DNA of 64,000 nt from Camelus ferus. Lineage: Eukaryota. The stretch's first letter is position 1. Each line of letters starts with the position of its first letter. Under the pieces are notes generated by a model, which was not told the DNA's origin, did no database searches, and saw only the letters and a program-made list of their open reading frames with translations. The DNA is taken from the NCBI RefSeq assembly GCF_009834535.1, contig NC_045698.1, forward strand, positions 14,386,001 through 14,450,000, given 5' to 3'. Below are positions 12,860 to 26,859 of this stretch, piece by piece. The translations under genes were made by a program, and so were the position numbers.

Positions 12860-12874
12860 AAAAAAGCCAGTGGA

Positions 12875-13000
12875 TTTGTATATCTTATGTTACTTGATCT
12901 TTCACCTGCATTTGAAACTGAAGTTCTCCTTTTCTGAAACACTCCCTATACTCAGCTTATTTGTCACTATTACTCTATTAGTTTTATGGTTTTCTCTTCA
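12875..13000 (+). mobile_element. L2 RT fragment resuming after the L1 insertion
   Basis: TTACTTGATCTTTCACCTGCATTTGAAACT translates LLDLSPAFET, resembling the LLDLSAAFDT motif. Confidence 0.7.
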
Positions 13001-13524
13001 CGTGACCATCTCAAAAGAGAGATATCATATGGGGATGCACATCCTATTATGTGACAGGTGGTATCAGTGATACTGCATCAGTTGTTAGTCACATCTATTC
13101 CAAGCAAAATAATCTCTAGAAATGAGAATGAAAAACAGAGCAAAAGTTGCCTAAGAGTTTAGTTTCCATCTCAGTCTGCACAGAATCCTACAAGCTAGCC
13201 TTCATTTCCCTTTTTGAGTACTTAGTGAGAAGGAAACATTTTTGATGGATAGACATGAATGAACTGGGGAAATTGGCAGGATTATCTTTTCTATTTCAAG
13301 AAGTCTATTCTGCAAACCTTGACCATAGTAGTATAGTCTAAGCCATCCACATTTTCTTAGTAATTTCTTTGTCATCTGAAAAACTTTGTCGTTATTGTAA
13401 AAATTGAGGAATGGAGAAAGGAAGAAGAGAAGACCACTAGGAAAAAGAAAATTAAGATTAAAAGGAGATAAGTTAAATTCCTAAATTGATTTCATGTTCA
13501 TTCCCTGCTGTCTTTATTACAGTT

Positions 13525-13725
13525 CAGAGTTGCCCACCCATGGTGATTTAAAAGATGTGAGTATGTCATTACATGGGAAGCTGGCAATGAAAGGAAGATG
13601 ACAGTACCCTACCTTGGAGTTTTTAATTCAGTGGATTTGGAACAAGGTCTAAGAATATATATGTCTAACCAATTCTGTGGTGATTTTCATGACAATGGTT
13701 TGGGGACTTTAGTTTGAGAAGAACA
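13525..13725. mobile_element. MER5A-like hAT-Charlie MITE
   Basis: AATTCAGTGGATTTGGAACAAGGTCTAAGAAT...TCTAAC...GGTGAT...TTTGAGAA pattern. Confidence 0.55.
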
Positions 13726-13999
13726 AAGTAAAAGAAATTACAAATTTAACCCACAGAAGAAAATGATTAGAACATTATACCAACACAATTACTGGAAACT
13801 CTGTGTTCTGGGAAAAAGAATAGCCTAACAGTGTATCTTCAGGAAAAAAGAGCAAATCTTAGCAAGGTAAAAGTTCATTTTGGATTATCATAAGAATAAG
13901 ATTTCTAAGATCAGAGATATAAACAACTCTGGAGCTTTTTTTTTTTTCAATTAGAGATACCTTTTAACTTTTAACAAATTGGGATGGACATGAAGAAAC

Positions 14000-14225
14000 A
14001 TAAAGAGGTGATTGCAGTCAAGGAAGTGTTTCCACTTGGAGAGAGGGGATGGGTTCTTACTGTGATTGGGCACATAGAACAAGTTTTGGAGCTGTCATAG
14101 TTTTATTTCTTGGTTTCTAGGTGGTAGCTACTAGGGTAACCACCTTTGTTTTTTCCTTATAATAATTCTGTATGTTTTATATTTGTCTACATGGTTGTAT
14201 GCATACTAACAATATTTACATAAAA
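14000..14225 (+). mobile_element. Old L1 (L1MC/ME) 3' end fragment
   Basis: GTGATTGGGCACATAG...TTTTATTTCTTG...GGTGGTAGCTAC pattern. Confidence 0.45.
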
Positions 14226-16227
14226 TTGAATGATTGACCATTGGTAAGAGCTGCAGTGGAGAGACCCATGATGAAGCTCCAAGGAAACAGCCACCTCAAA
14301 TCGTGAAATCCTAACAATAAAAATGCATGCTTTTGCAGCTCAGCTGCTTTATCTAAGTAATATACTTTGAAACAGTCCTATTGACTAAAAACAGGAGTCC
14401 TCCCTAAACTGTAAGTTGGCTATGCTTTTAGTTTTGGTGAGGATGTGATTTCATATATTTTATTTTCTTACACTTTGGTTTTGGTTTTCTGATGACCTCA
14501 TCCCATCCTGTCTTCAAAGTCAACAGGTCCTAGTCAAAAGAATTGAGAAAGTTTCTTCATACTTTCAATAATTTACATACATATGAATGGATATTTAATA
14601 CTTCAAGTCATTAACATCTATAAACCAACAAAGGAAATGGTCTCCAGAGAATCATCACTGGAAATATAGGGTATCCCATGAGTTGAAAATCAGTGGTTAG
14701 AAATTTTTTTATAAGTGGGCAATTCACAAGGTTACTAACAGCCATTGACTCTAGAAGACATATTCAAACTAGTAATGAAATTATATTTACTCTTTGAAAA
14801 TTATTCAAGAAATGAATAACTGAGTGTATGGAACTAAAAAACTAAATTAGAGGTTCAAATCAAACAAACCTTAATGCTAAGGACCTTTTGAGTTAAGTGA
14901 GAAAAATTATATTAGTTCAAGAACAAATTAAGACACCATAAACAGATAAATTCCTTTAAGACATTCTATTCTCAATATGGGCATTCCTTAGACTCATTAT
15001 CTTTATTATACTGCACATTTGTTTACAGAGTCTAATATCAGAAATAAAGTAAATTGCATTGAGTTCTAGATCACATTCCTTGTAGTTTTAAAGATTAAAT
15101 TTCTCTCTTATGACTGCACAGTGAGTATTACATTTTCAGCTGGTTAATCCTTACAATCTATTGCCCAATCTCAATTCACAGAAAAAATAAAAAGCCTGTT
15201 AAAAGAAGATAAGATATCTCCTCACTGAGGGCTAATTCTGAGTCTTTCTCTTAAAAAAAAAAAAATCTGACTCTAAGGAAATTCTCAAGTAAATTAAATT
15301 AAATGTAAAAATGCACTTAATAAATACAAGATGCTTCTGAAAAGATTAGTACTGGATTGAGATCACCATGATGCCCCAGTTAACTCGACTGGAGAATGAT
15401 ATTTGTGAGACCAAAATCATACACAGTTCTAGCTCCCCAAGGGCTAATTAATTTTGTTTAGAGAAAAGTGAAAGATTTGTATAAAAAGTGATTTTTAAGC
15501 ATTTTGGGGTTACAGATGTCAAAATATGATCTAACAAATATTTGTCCTTCCTTTGCCTAGAAAATCATCTTACACTAAAAGTACACACAGTTTCATATAA
15601 TCTATAGAACTCTGGGGTCCACCCATAGGCTACCTGCTGTTTAAAGTTCAGAGTAAAATACCCTGAAAAAAAATCCACTGAATAGAGAAAAAAGACAAAA
15701 AGCAAAATTGAACATTTATCCCATTATTCTATTAAGTTCAGAGTAGTTTTATTTTCATGTATAGAAAAGGGCATATTAACTCATATCACTTATTTTAAAA
15801 ATATCACAAAGGTTACTGAAGAGTTACAACACTTCTTGGAGATCAATTGAAAAGGTACCAAGGTGGTGATTTATTCATTTTGATGTATTTAATTCAACAG
15901 CTTCCCTTAGGCTTTAACATATGAACAGATTTTAATAAGAAGGCATTCTTTTGAAGTTAGATAGTAGGAAATCAAAACACTGCTATGAATTCTCCATGTA
16001 TCTTCACAAAGAACAGCATCCTGACCTATCTGTTGCTTCTCTCATGAGCACATTTAATATAAAAATTAGGAGCATTATCACTAACCTGTTTGCGGTTCTT
16101 TCTCTGTTATTCCAACATCAACCTGCCTGTGGTCATCTCACAAAAAAATTCTGACAATCATCTATTCATTAGGAGTGCTTTTTATTTCATAATTAATACT
16201 TAATTTTCCTAATTAGTAGTTAGGTAT

Positions 16228-16817
16228 GGTAGAATAGCACCCAAAGTCTCTTTCAATTTCCAAATGTGCCCTCCTGGACTGCAAGGGCTAGATATCCAGA
16301 ATCTGCATTGTCACACCTTCTTGAATCTAGCATTTAGAAGATCTCCTTGCAACTCAGTTTCTTGGTACCTTTTGACCATCAGAACAATTTACATGAAACC
16401 TGAATTCAGAACTTAGTTAAGGAGAGAAAGAGTGTTCTAGACCTCCAGATGACTAGTAAGAATCTTAGAGGTGCAGCATAGTTCTGGAGCTAACAGAAGT
16501 TAACAAGAAGTCTGGGTCTTCCCAAATCCAGATTATACACAGCCAAGTGAGAGTAATCTTAGAGCCAGCAGCCATGACTGGCGAATTATCAATCAGTGCT
16601 TTCTAACTCTCTGGTATCTAAATGGTTCAAAAGTTAACAGTTCTCTGGCAGAATAATTCTAGGTGCTGTTCAGAGTGTTCATACAGTCCAGCCTAAAGTC
16701 TGTGTTCTTCAGCCTTTCCAAAATTTGTATAAGCACCAAAGACCCTGTGTTAGCTTTATATCCACTAAATTTACCAGTTTACTTTCTATTATGTGCATTA
16801 AACATTGATTGTTAACA
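16228..16817 (+). mobile_element. LTR33-like ERVL solo LTR
   Basis: The 5' part (CTGCAAGGGCTAG...CTCCTTGCAACT) and 3' part (CAGCCTTTCCAAAATTTGTATAAGCACC...) resemble LTR33 subfamilies. Confidence 0.45.
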
Positions 16818-16867
16818 TGACACAGAAATAAAAAAAAAAAACAAACCCAGTGACAGTGTAATGTAAA

Positions 16868-17264
16868 ATGTTGTCTGCTAGGGCTGCCATAACAGAATAA
16901 CACAGACTGGATCACTTAAATAATATAATTTTATTTTCTCATAGTTCTGGAGACAGATGATCAAGAAGTCTGCAGGATTGGTTTCTGGTGAGATATCTTT
17001 TCCTGGCTTGCCAAATACCACCTGCTCTCTGTGTCTTAACAGAAACCTTCCTTTCTGCACGTGCAAAGAGGGGTTTTTGGTATCTCTTCCTCTTCTTAAA
17101 AGAACACCAATCCTTTCAGATAGGGCCCCACCCTTATAACTTTATTTAATCTTATTTACCACCCTAAAAGCCCTATCTTCAAATATAGTCTCTGAGGAGG
17201 TTAGGACATTTAACATGTATTTTGTGTGTGTGTTGGGGGTGGGTGGCACAATTCAGTTCATAAC
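16868..17264 (-). mobile_element. MLT1A-type MaLR solo LTR
   Basis: CTAGGGCTGCCATAACAGAATAACACAGACTGG...GGCCCCACCCTTATAAC...CACAATTCAGTTCATAACA. Confidence 0.88.
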
Positions 17265-17789
17265 AGCTTGTTTCCATATTATATGTTATATGATGCTTTA
17301 ACCACACGCACATACACACATCCCTACCCCTTTTCAACGTGAAATGCACAAGAGCAGAGATTGTGACCACCATTTCACCCTCTCTTCCCTCTTCCAGTAA
17401 CAGTAGTACATTTAGTAGTACATTTACCATGAATGAAAACTATTATCATAAGTATTTTTGATCTTAGAGAGAGTCTATTTTCTCTCTATGGTTGAATGCT
17501 CTATTCATCATGCCTAGAAGAATGACTGGTATTTAATAAATGCTCATAAATATTTGTTTTATTAATCAATGGATATTGATTGCCAAATCCTTATCTTCCT
17601 ATGAAAATTATTTTTCCTCTATGTCCTCCAAGAGCCTCCTTGCCTTTTCCATTTTAATAGTCTGCCAACATGTTAGTACCAACAGGTGACTTTTATCATA
17701 GTCACCTGTGGGATAAATACCAAGATTTAACATTCTTTCTTCTTATTCAAGAATCTGATTGTCTACCCAGAAACTATACCTCATCACAT

Positions 17790-18360
17790 TCCTCCTTTCC
17801 AACTGCTTTTAGAAATAAAACAAAAAATTTAGTATCATTTAATCCACCTGAAAATTTTGTTGACTTGACCTTGAAAATACATTTGTAACTGATCACATCT
17901 AACTTCTTTATTTTCACCACCCTGTCTAAGCTCCTATACCTTTCTCTTTGATTAATCCAACAAACTCTAAGAAACTGTCTCCCTGATTTAACTCTTTTCA
18001 TGTTCTAAGTATGTCCTCAAGAATGATCCTGTTAAAATTAAGCCAAATATTTCACACATTTCTAAAAATGCTACATTAGTTAGCCTTCTCACTCATGCTG
18101 AATGCCATAGTCCCTATTGTATTTTCCAAAGCCTTCCAGAATGTGGCCCCATTAGTTCTCTGACTTCAGCCTGTTTCACTGGTCTTTACCCCGGCTCACT
18201 GCACCCACTCTTCGTGGTCTACTTGCTATTCTGTAACAACTCACAGACATTGCATTTGTTGGTTCCACTGCTTAAAATATTTATTAACCCAAGTATCCAC
18301 TTGGCTAGCAACTTTATTTTCTTCAGATTTTTGTTCAAAAGCTACCCTTCATTAATAGTC
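17790..18360 (+). mobile_element. L2 LINE fragment
   Basis: TGACCTTGAAAATACAT...TTCACCACCCTGTCTAAGCTCC...AGAATGATCCTGTTAAAA pattern. Confidence 0.65.
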
Positions 18361-21300
18361 CTTGTCCATATAGGAGTTGATTTCTATAAGGAAACTTTTG
18401 CTTACTTATTCTTTATCATTTATATTATTTGAATGCTTTTTAAGATTGTCCAACTATATCTATGCCTCCACTTGTTCTATGTAAAGTTCTATATATGTAA
18501 AATGATACTTTTAATGCTAATTAATTTTCTTCTATATTTGTACAAAATATGTTATGTTTCTACAATAAAAATTATGCAAGGAACCAAGCACTTACATTCC
18601 ATTTATCTTCTAAAGATAAGTGTATGTTAAGGGGACATAGACGTATTAACTTTTGATTTATTTCTTACTTAAAGCCTATGTTTTTTTCTTTTAAAGTACC
18701 ATTAGGCTTACTTTACATTTTTTAAAAATCTTCTATCATAGGTATTATAAAATATGTTAATTTAAATATCACCTTTTAAAAAATAAGAAATAAAATTTAA
18801 GTTTGGGATGGAGTATGTGGAGAAATGAGTATAGAAACTCAAAATGCTATTAAATCTAACTTAGATACTGAGATTCACTGGATAATAACACATGGAAAAG
18901 AGAATACTATTTGCCCTGAAGAATTTAAATACCATTTCCTTGTTATTATAAAATCCAATGGGATATAAATGACTTATGGAGAATCTAGTGATAATGTTAT
19001 CATTTAAATGTCTATTTCTGTTGAGAGTAACTATTTTGTATCTCAGATCATTTGCTTTGTTAATGCTGAATATGTGATGTGGTTAAAATCAGTTAAATAA
19101 AATTAAACATCTTATATAATTATGAAGTTCTTTTGTTCATGTTGGAGTTTATTTCTTTAAAGAGGATTTTGCTAACTTGCTCCTTTTCATTTATACCTGT
19201 TAAATGCTGTGTAAGATTGTGTGACTATTTATAATTATGGTTAACTTAGATTTTGCAAAATTTTAGAATTATGTAATGTACAAGGGAAAAGGATTAGAGT
19301 CGATAGTATAGGAATGTTGATAAAGAATATTTTTATTGATATTTGACAGTCAGTCTACATTTTAGGAAGGAGGTTAGGGCAGGAAAAAAATAAAATGGAG
19401 CTGTTCTTGTTATAAAAGTAACAACTATAAAAATAAAATCAGAGTTACCAAATAAGTGAAAAATTTTCCAGTCAGATATATCATGGAAGAAATGCCATCA
19501 GATGTTTGTTTTGAAAATCCTACATGCTAATTTGCCTATATAAATATGGGATTTCAGATTATCCAAATAATGATCTGAAGATTGCAGTAAAAGAATATAT
19601 TACATTAATTTAGTTATTGTGGCTGATTTTTTCTCCTATTCCAACTCTTAAAATTTCATAGCAAGTCATTCCCTCATCTAGGGCCTAGGGTTGACTAAGG
19701 CTTAGATAACAGATGGGGAGCAACTTTTCATGTTGCAGTTCAAAGCGGATGAACTAACAGGAACAGTCTTTCATGGAGAATCTGATAAGAAGAAATCAAT
19801 CCTGAAGTTGTAAAAGTTTTGATTGTGTTACAGTTACTTGGCATTAGCATGTTTTTTATGTCTTTCCTTTCTCTCTTCACCACTGGCTCACTGCTGGTTT
19901 GAAACGTGATCCTAGAAGGAATAAAGTGACTAGTGACACACATTAAGGACTTAAGAAAAAAGACCGTGGCAAGAGACTAGGGGATACTAAAGAACTGAAA
20001 ATGTTTTAGGACCATTAAGGGAGGGAAAATTAGGGATCATCAAGAATAAATAGATCTCCTACCAATAAAAAAAAAAAAAAAAGTTGTCCTCTGGGAAGGA
20101 GGACCTGGGATAAAAATCCCTGCTTATTTAGGAGTCGGAGGGAAAAGCTGGACCAAATAGATTGACCAACCCAATGTTCTCATCTAATCGGAAAATCTAT
20201 AGATTGGAAAAAGCAATGTAAACCAGTGGAAGTAATTATGTTGTATTTTCCTGGATTTTACCCAAGTAGGATCAGTTAAGAGTAATTGCCAGTAATTTTA
20301 TTGTCTCTTCTTGTGTCGTAAACCAAGGATGATTATCATGAAATGATCTTCCCTGTCAACCAAAAGAATTCCCTCAGGAGTGTTTTCTCTGACATCCAAG
20401 GGAATGGAGAAATATAATTCTACCTAAAGTGATTGAAGGACATTGGGCAGCAGGGACAATTTTAATGGACTTTATGCACAAATCCTCGTATTTATTTGGC
20501 AGGCTGTTTTGTTATAATCTGAAAAATCTGACTTACCTTTGTCTCTACTTTCTAAATCTTGGTTATGGCCAAAGTTTATAAATCCCAATCACTTCTTCCT
20601 GCCACAGATCTATAGGACAGCTACATTACAATTTAAATCAGACCTCTTATCGAGAATTTTACTTCAATTTGACAGTTGCACAGTACATATATATTTCACT
20701 TATCACTGTGGAGAAGCAAAATCAGTCACTGGTACAGGCTAAAGTTATCTATGCTATTCTTAGGACATAACTTTTAAAAATATATGGAAAGAATAAACAC
20801 ATGTTTTATTGATATAACCCTAAACCTATGTTTAACAGTAAATCTAAAAATAAGGTCATAGATAAGTTTGACTTTCACTTGTTACCAAACCTTTACATTA
20901 CAATTAATTAAAGAAACAATAGAGAAAAAATAATTCTTTTCGTTAAATGAATCATGCTTCTTTATAGTTTATACTAAAAACCACATTTAAACTCAGTAGA
21001 AACCTATAAGAAAAGCCCTGGAGATACATCCTTGAGCTGTATCCATTGTATTAACAGATAAATGGAACTTCAAAATAAAGACTCTTCAGTAAAAGATTCA
21101 AAGGTATGTAGTCACTATAGGTGAGACATCAGCAAACAAAAACCTTTAGCTCTGCTGTTTAAGATCTGAGTGACAATGAGAGAAAAAGTCTGTCTCAACA
21201 AATCAATTCAAGATAGCTTTTAAAGTCAGACTGCTATCTTAAAATGGAAATAAAATCCTTGTATTAGACACTAAAATAAGGTAATAAAATAAAAATAGAA

Positions 21301-21869
21301 ATATTTTATTACTGTTCAGTTATATACAAATTATTGGTTATTTCCACAAAAATGATCTGTTCAACTATTAAGGTCAGAAAATGGAAGTTGCATTTTGTTG
21401 GCTACTACAAGGGCAAGACACAGCATCTTCTGATCCTAAGTCTGTGGCTCAAAGACTAGACGAAGAAATATTCTAACCAAGAACTGAAAGTTGAATCAGC
21501 ATGAGCAATACATGGATTCAGACAGCTGTCTTAGGAAAACAGGAAGATGATGGGGTTATTTGGACCTAATTATAAAACTTTCAACCGTTGGTTTTTGTAG
21601 TGGTCTGTAAAATAATTCCCCATGAATGTGGAATTACAGCTTGCAAATACCAAGTAAAGTAACCTTGTTAGTTATGTCCCCATCACTTGAAAAATAATAT
21701 TTAGTTAACCTTGGATTATAACTTAGGAGAGAAGGTAAATCCATGACCTGCATGATGGAAATGGAATAAAGGTCCAAATAAAAGTCAAGTTAGAATAAAG
21801 GACTAAAGGCTTGAGATGTAACAAGCAAAGTTCTTTATAGCAACACTCAACTTCCAGTAACAAGTTTTG

Positions 21870-22660
21870 CTTGTTATCTATGGATATGTAACAAACTGAT
21901 GCAAAATTTAGTTGCTTAAAACAGGGGTTAAGAAAACAACAGCCTGAAGTCCAAATTAGGTGCAGCACCTGTTTTGGTACACCAATGAGCCAAAAAAGGT
22001 GTTTGTACTCTTAAATGGTCATAAAGCATATTTTCTGACATGTGAAAATTATATGAAAATAAAATTCCTGTGTCTGTTAATCAAGTTTTATTAGGACACA
22101 GCCATGTTCATTTGTTGACATGTTGTCTACTGTTGCTTATGTGTTACAAGACAGAACTGAGTATTTAGGAGACAGTGTATAATCCACAAAGCCTAAAACG
22201 TGTACTATCTAGCCCTTTACAGAAAGTTTGCCTAACTCTATGGTTTAAAAGAATATAGATTTATTAATTTTTGTGATTCTATGTGTTGACTGGGCTCAGT
22301 TCCGTGTGCCATAGTTGAAGTCATCTACATAGCAGAGGTCAGCTAGATGCTTGGCTGGTGCTCTCTTAGACTCTCTTAGACTCCACTGGCTCTCTTTCTC
22401 TATTTTCTCTCATAATTCAGTAATATTTCCTAAGCCAATTTGCAGCATGAAGGCTGATTCCTAAAGGGGAACATTCCTAGAGAACACACCCCAATATGCA
22501 AATGCTTATCACTTATCTACGTGTATGTATATGCTTACTAATTTCTCAGTGACCAAAACAGGAATAACTGCCAAGCCCAGATTCAAAGTGGGAGATGACT
22601 ATACAAAGACAGAATGCTGGGAAGCCTCGTTCTTTGGGGCAAGCAATGTCAGTCTCCTGT
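21870..22660 (-). mobile_element. MLT1 (G/H-like) LTR interrupted by MER58
   Basis: GTAACAAAC...AAAATTTAGTTGCTTAAAA | ...GTGATTCTATGTGTTGACTGGGCTCAG...GCCAAGCCCAGATTCAAAGTGGGAG. Confidence 0.7.
21922..22242 (+). mobile_element. MER58B-like hAT-Charlie MITE
   Basis: CAGGGGTT...CATGTGAAAATTATATGAAA...AGTTTTATTAGGACACAGCCATG...GCCCTTTACAGAAAGTTTGCC; 8-bp TSD GCTTAAAA/GTTTAAAA. Confidence 0.88.
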
Positions 22661-22667
22661 AATACTT

Positions 22668-22997
22668 TTTAAAATTAATTAATGAATTACTTTAATTGAA
22701 GTATAGTTGATATATAATGGTGTGTTAGTTTCTGGTGTACAGCAAAGTAATTCAGGATAGACATTCCTTTTCATATTCTTTCTCATTAGAGGTCACTACA
22801 AGATATTGAATATAGCTCCCTGTGCTCTACAGTAGGACCTTGTCATTATCTATTTTATATATAGTAATTAGTATCTACAAACCCTGAACTCCCAATTCAT
22901 CCCTTCCCACCCCCTTCCCCTACCGCATACCCATAAGTTTGTTTTCTTTGTCTGAGTCTCTGTTTTGTAAATAAGTTCATTTCTGTCTTTTTTTTTA
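22668..22997 (-). mobile_element. 5'-truncated L1 (3' UTR only), same lineage as 11701-12859
   Basis: ATTGAAGTATAGTTG...TTTCTGGTGTACAGC...CTACAAGATATTGAATATAG; perfect 13-bp TSD TCCTGTAATACTT at 22655-22667 and 22998-23010. Confidence 0.93.
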
Positions 22998-23849
22998 TCC
23001 TGTAATACTTAATTGCAATTTGTTTGTGTTTTCACTATCCTTTCCTGTTCATTATAAAAAGCAGAAATTCTTAATGTATATTCAGTTTTTAAAATTCAAT
23101 TTTAAGCCTTTTTTTCAGTCTGATTCAATGATCTGTTATTTCTACACTCTTCTCATTTGTCTTATTTCCTTGTGTGTTTTGTGATTTTTAACTGTGAGCT
23201 CATTTTCCAAGCAACTTTAGTCATAGTGGGAAATCTTTTGTGCATGCAGAGTCCCTGCAGAGTGATTTGTATTTACTTTAGATTTTTTTCTTTAAACCAA
23301 CCAGATCAGCTGAATTCAGAGTGAAGTACTATTAAAACTAGCTTATCATTGTTAATTCTCAGGGAAGTTTTTTTTCTTTCCAGTTCTTCATTTTGACACA
23401 GACACGTTTTCCTCACTGAGAATGGGGTGAGAGAAAGTGGCCTTATATTTAGTGCATTCTTACACTGAAGTTATAGTCATTTGAATTCACAGGTGTATTC
23501 AGAAGTTCTACTAAAAGGCTTAACTACTTTGAGCCAGTCTCTGATATGTTAAAAAAAAAAAAAAAAAGCACAATTTAGTCAGGTTTTGTTTTATAATGTC
23601 TTCAGGGCAAGAAGCTGGTTCCAATAAAATGCCATTTACCTCTCTTCTTTCTTGCTTTAAATTAGTTTTTGGTCTCAGAATTTCTTGTTTTCTTGCCAGC
23701 TCATTGATGCGATCCAAAGTTGGTTTTCTCTTTTTCACTTAATACAGTGTTTCAAGCATTTTGCCGCAGTAGGATAGTCATGGTATATAATCCAGCCTTA
23801 TGCTGGAGATAGAGGACAGGATTATTCCTATTGAAAATGTTTCCAAATT

Positions 23850-24310
23850 AATTTTAATTGGAAAATATTCAACATATGGAAAAGAAGAAAGAATAATTTC
23901 CTGTAGATCCTTTACTTAGATTCAATTATTATAAAGATTTTCTAATCTTGCTTCATCTATTCACAGATTTTTTTAAAGAAAATTCCTGCTTTTATATCAT
24001 TTTACCACATATATTTTTATAAGCATCTTGTGAAGATATGGAGATTTCCCTGCACCACTGCAACACCCTTACCATGACTAAAAATATTCAAATTAACTAC
24101 TTTTCATCATCTAATATTGTTTTCATTTTCAAATTTCCCCATTATATCAAAAAATGTCTTTTTATAGCTTATTTGAATCAGAATCAACGTTCACATGTCT
24201 ATGTATTGTGTCTTTTACATCTCTTTTAATCTAGAACTGCTTCCATTCACTGCTTTGTTCCCTTTCGTCACATTGAAAATAGATTATTTTTTCTATAGAA
24301 ATCCAAGATA
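23850..24310 (-). mobile_element. Old L1 (L1MC4/5-like) 3' end
   Basis: CATCATCTAATA...TTCAAATTTCCCC...TTTGAATCAGAATC...TCTCTTTTAATCTAGAAC. Confidence 0.65.
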
Positions 24311-26284
24311 TCTGTCCATGAATATTTTAAGCAACTTCAATGCTACTTTTGTTCTCCTCTCTATCTCTTTATGTAGAGAGCACCATAGACCAGCTTTTGC
24401 CAACCCAGTGGACATCTCCAGAATTCCATCTTGCTTGACCTCTCAACAGCAAATGTGTTTTTGTAGAGAGAATGGTCAGCAATCACTCCAGTAGAGGGAG
24501 TTAATATTGAATGACGAGCATGAGGTGAACATGAAGGATAAATTTATAAAGCAGAAAAATATATTGAAAACTATGACTAAAATTTTCTCAGCCAAATATA
24601 TTTCTGTAATAGGCAAGCAGACAATGCCCTATGTGATAAATTCAAAATGCATATTTTATATAGAAAAAATGCTGATTTTTGAGAAAATCGCCCTTTAAAT
24701 ATGGAATTGTTATTAATATGTGTGCAATATAGACAGTTATAAAAATGTGAGGCATATATTGGTTAATTCATTTGTATTGTTTATAAAAGTCTTATTTTGT
24801 GCACAATACTTAGTATTGATGATGATAGAAGTTATCCTTTATTGAAAACATCTAATATTTTCAAACATATTAATTGACAGCCCAACAATGTAATAATTAT
24901 TTTCTCCATGCCAAGGTCCAAAATGTTAATGAATTTATCAATGTTTACACAGATGTTGAGTGGTGGAGGCAGGATTTAAATCCTGGCTGAATTGCAGTGT
25001 CTTGGCTACTTTTCAAAAACCATGTTCTTACAGAAACATTCTAATTGGAAGAAAATATCAATAATTCTCTGCAGTGTAGAACATATATTTTTCTTATTTG
25101 AAAGGGAGCTAATTTCCAAACTCTCTTTCTAACATATCTAGTGTTTCTTAAATGGTTACTAAATAGTTTTTTCATCTTCTGGTACCAGTTCTGCATTCTG
25201 GCAGATAAAATAAACTAGTTAGATTTGAGGAAATTAGCCTTGGAGCAGAATCATTCTTGAAAGAGTGTAGAGTTACCACAGAAGAATTTTTCTGTTTAGA
25301 TATGGCTCTTCAATAACACTAAATGTAATTATCACAAAAATAAGTAAGCCTAAATCATTTAACTTTTATCCATATAAACTTGTCTTCTTCTAAATTGAAC
25401 TAAAAGATAAGAACCTTGTCCTTCATGTACTGTCTCATTTTGTTGTTGTCTTTATAAACACAACACAAGCTTTATTTGTTCTAGTCTTGCCATTGTAGCT
25501 GCCTTTCTTCCTCCTGATTTCTTCCCTAGTGAGTGGATAAAGTAAAATGGAATACAATAATGCATTTGTTTACAATTTAACTGACTGTACACTCTTTGAA
25601 CCAAAAGTAATTTGACAAATAGAAGTTTTTGACATGTAATTTAAATCCATACTAGATAAGTGGATTGACTAGGGAGAAATCGTCTTAGGAAAAATCAAGG
25701 TCAGTGAAAATGGGAAGCACATTAGAATATTTGAAAGAAAGAGTCCCCATTATTTGTTTGGTGTAAATGTGACTTTGTAAATGAATTTCCTAATTTTAGA
25801 ATGCATGCTTTTGCTTTGCTGTATATATGTGTATATTTAATGTAATTACAGACATTTAACTAAGTATGTACTACATGCTTGAGAATGTACTCCACTCTGA
25901 TGATAGAGAATTGACTAAAGGATAGTCTCCGACATGGGTGAATTTACTAAAATTCAAATAGACTTTATTAATAATAATGACTTAGCAAACGACTTCTTGA
26001 ATGTTTACTAAGAGCTTGAATGTTTTAAGGGTAAGTGAAAAAATATTCAGTTGACTATTTCAGTGTTTGCAGTAAATATTTATTTCATGAAAGAAGATAT
26101 ACTCCTTAAAAATAAACTCTCTTGATTTTAATTGCTCAACTAGCTCTTATAAAATATTTATCTGTTAGTATGTTTGATTTTAGTTACTCATTCTCATTCT
26201 CCTTGCCTATGATTTTACTCATCTCTCTGAAATCTCTAGAATATGTTTCCTGCTTACATTTGAATGGATTAGTTTGCGTGTGCA

Positions 26285-26287
<3 letters not shown>

Positions 26288-26327
<40 letters not shown>

Positions 26328-26338
26328 GTGTGTGTGTG
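26288..26338. repeat. (TG)n microsatellite
   Basis: About 25 TG units with one CG interruption. Confidence 0.98.
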
Positions 26339-26859
26339 CATGAAAGAATGAGAGCGAGCGATTGGTTACTGATTTGCATCTTTGACAATTCAGAAAGAGG
26401 GAGAAAGCTTATAAGGAATACTTGAATACTAAAGGCATGATTAACAGCAAGATAAGCCCAAGTAAGAATTTCTTTGGGGAAGATGAATATCATTTAAGAT
26501 ACCTACTATTTTCAGACAAAACTTTAATTAAATGGCACAATCATTTCTAAAAAATAACATCTCGTATATTGTAAATGGACTTAAAATCAAACTTAAAACC
26601 CCAAATTCTTGAAATTTGTTCAAATTAGGGCAAGGAGAAAAACAATTACAAAAACACCCCAAACATGTAACATACTTAATATTATGTAGTAAAAACCCTA
26701 CCTAGAATCATAGTATAGTAATTTTATGTAATATTGCTATCATTTATTGCTATTCCTCAATTATAATCCAAATTTTATAAAATATTATAGTTAAACTCAT
26801 AGGTTATGACAAAATGACAGTATCATGCACTGTTAAAGTCTATTTCAAGAATCAGAAGT

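Noticed and set aside
19725..19815. Possible exon (TTGCAG|TTCAAAGCGGATGAA..., FKADELTGTVFHGESDKKKSILK)
   Set aside because: The donor site is weak, the peptide is unrecognised and no partner exons are evident.
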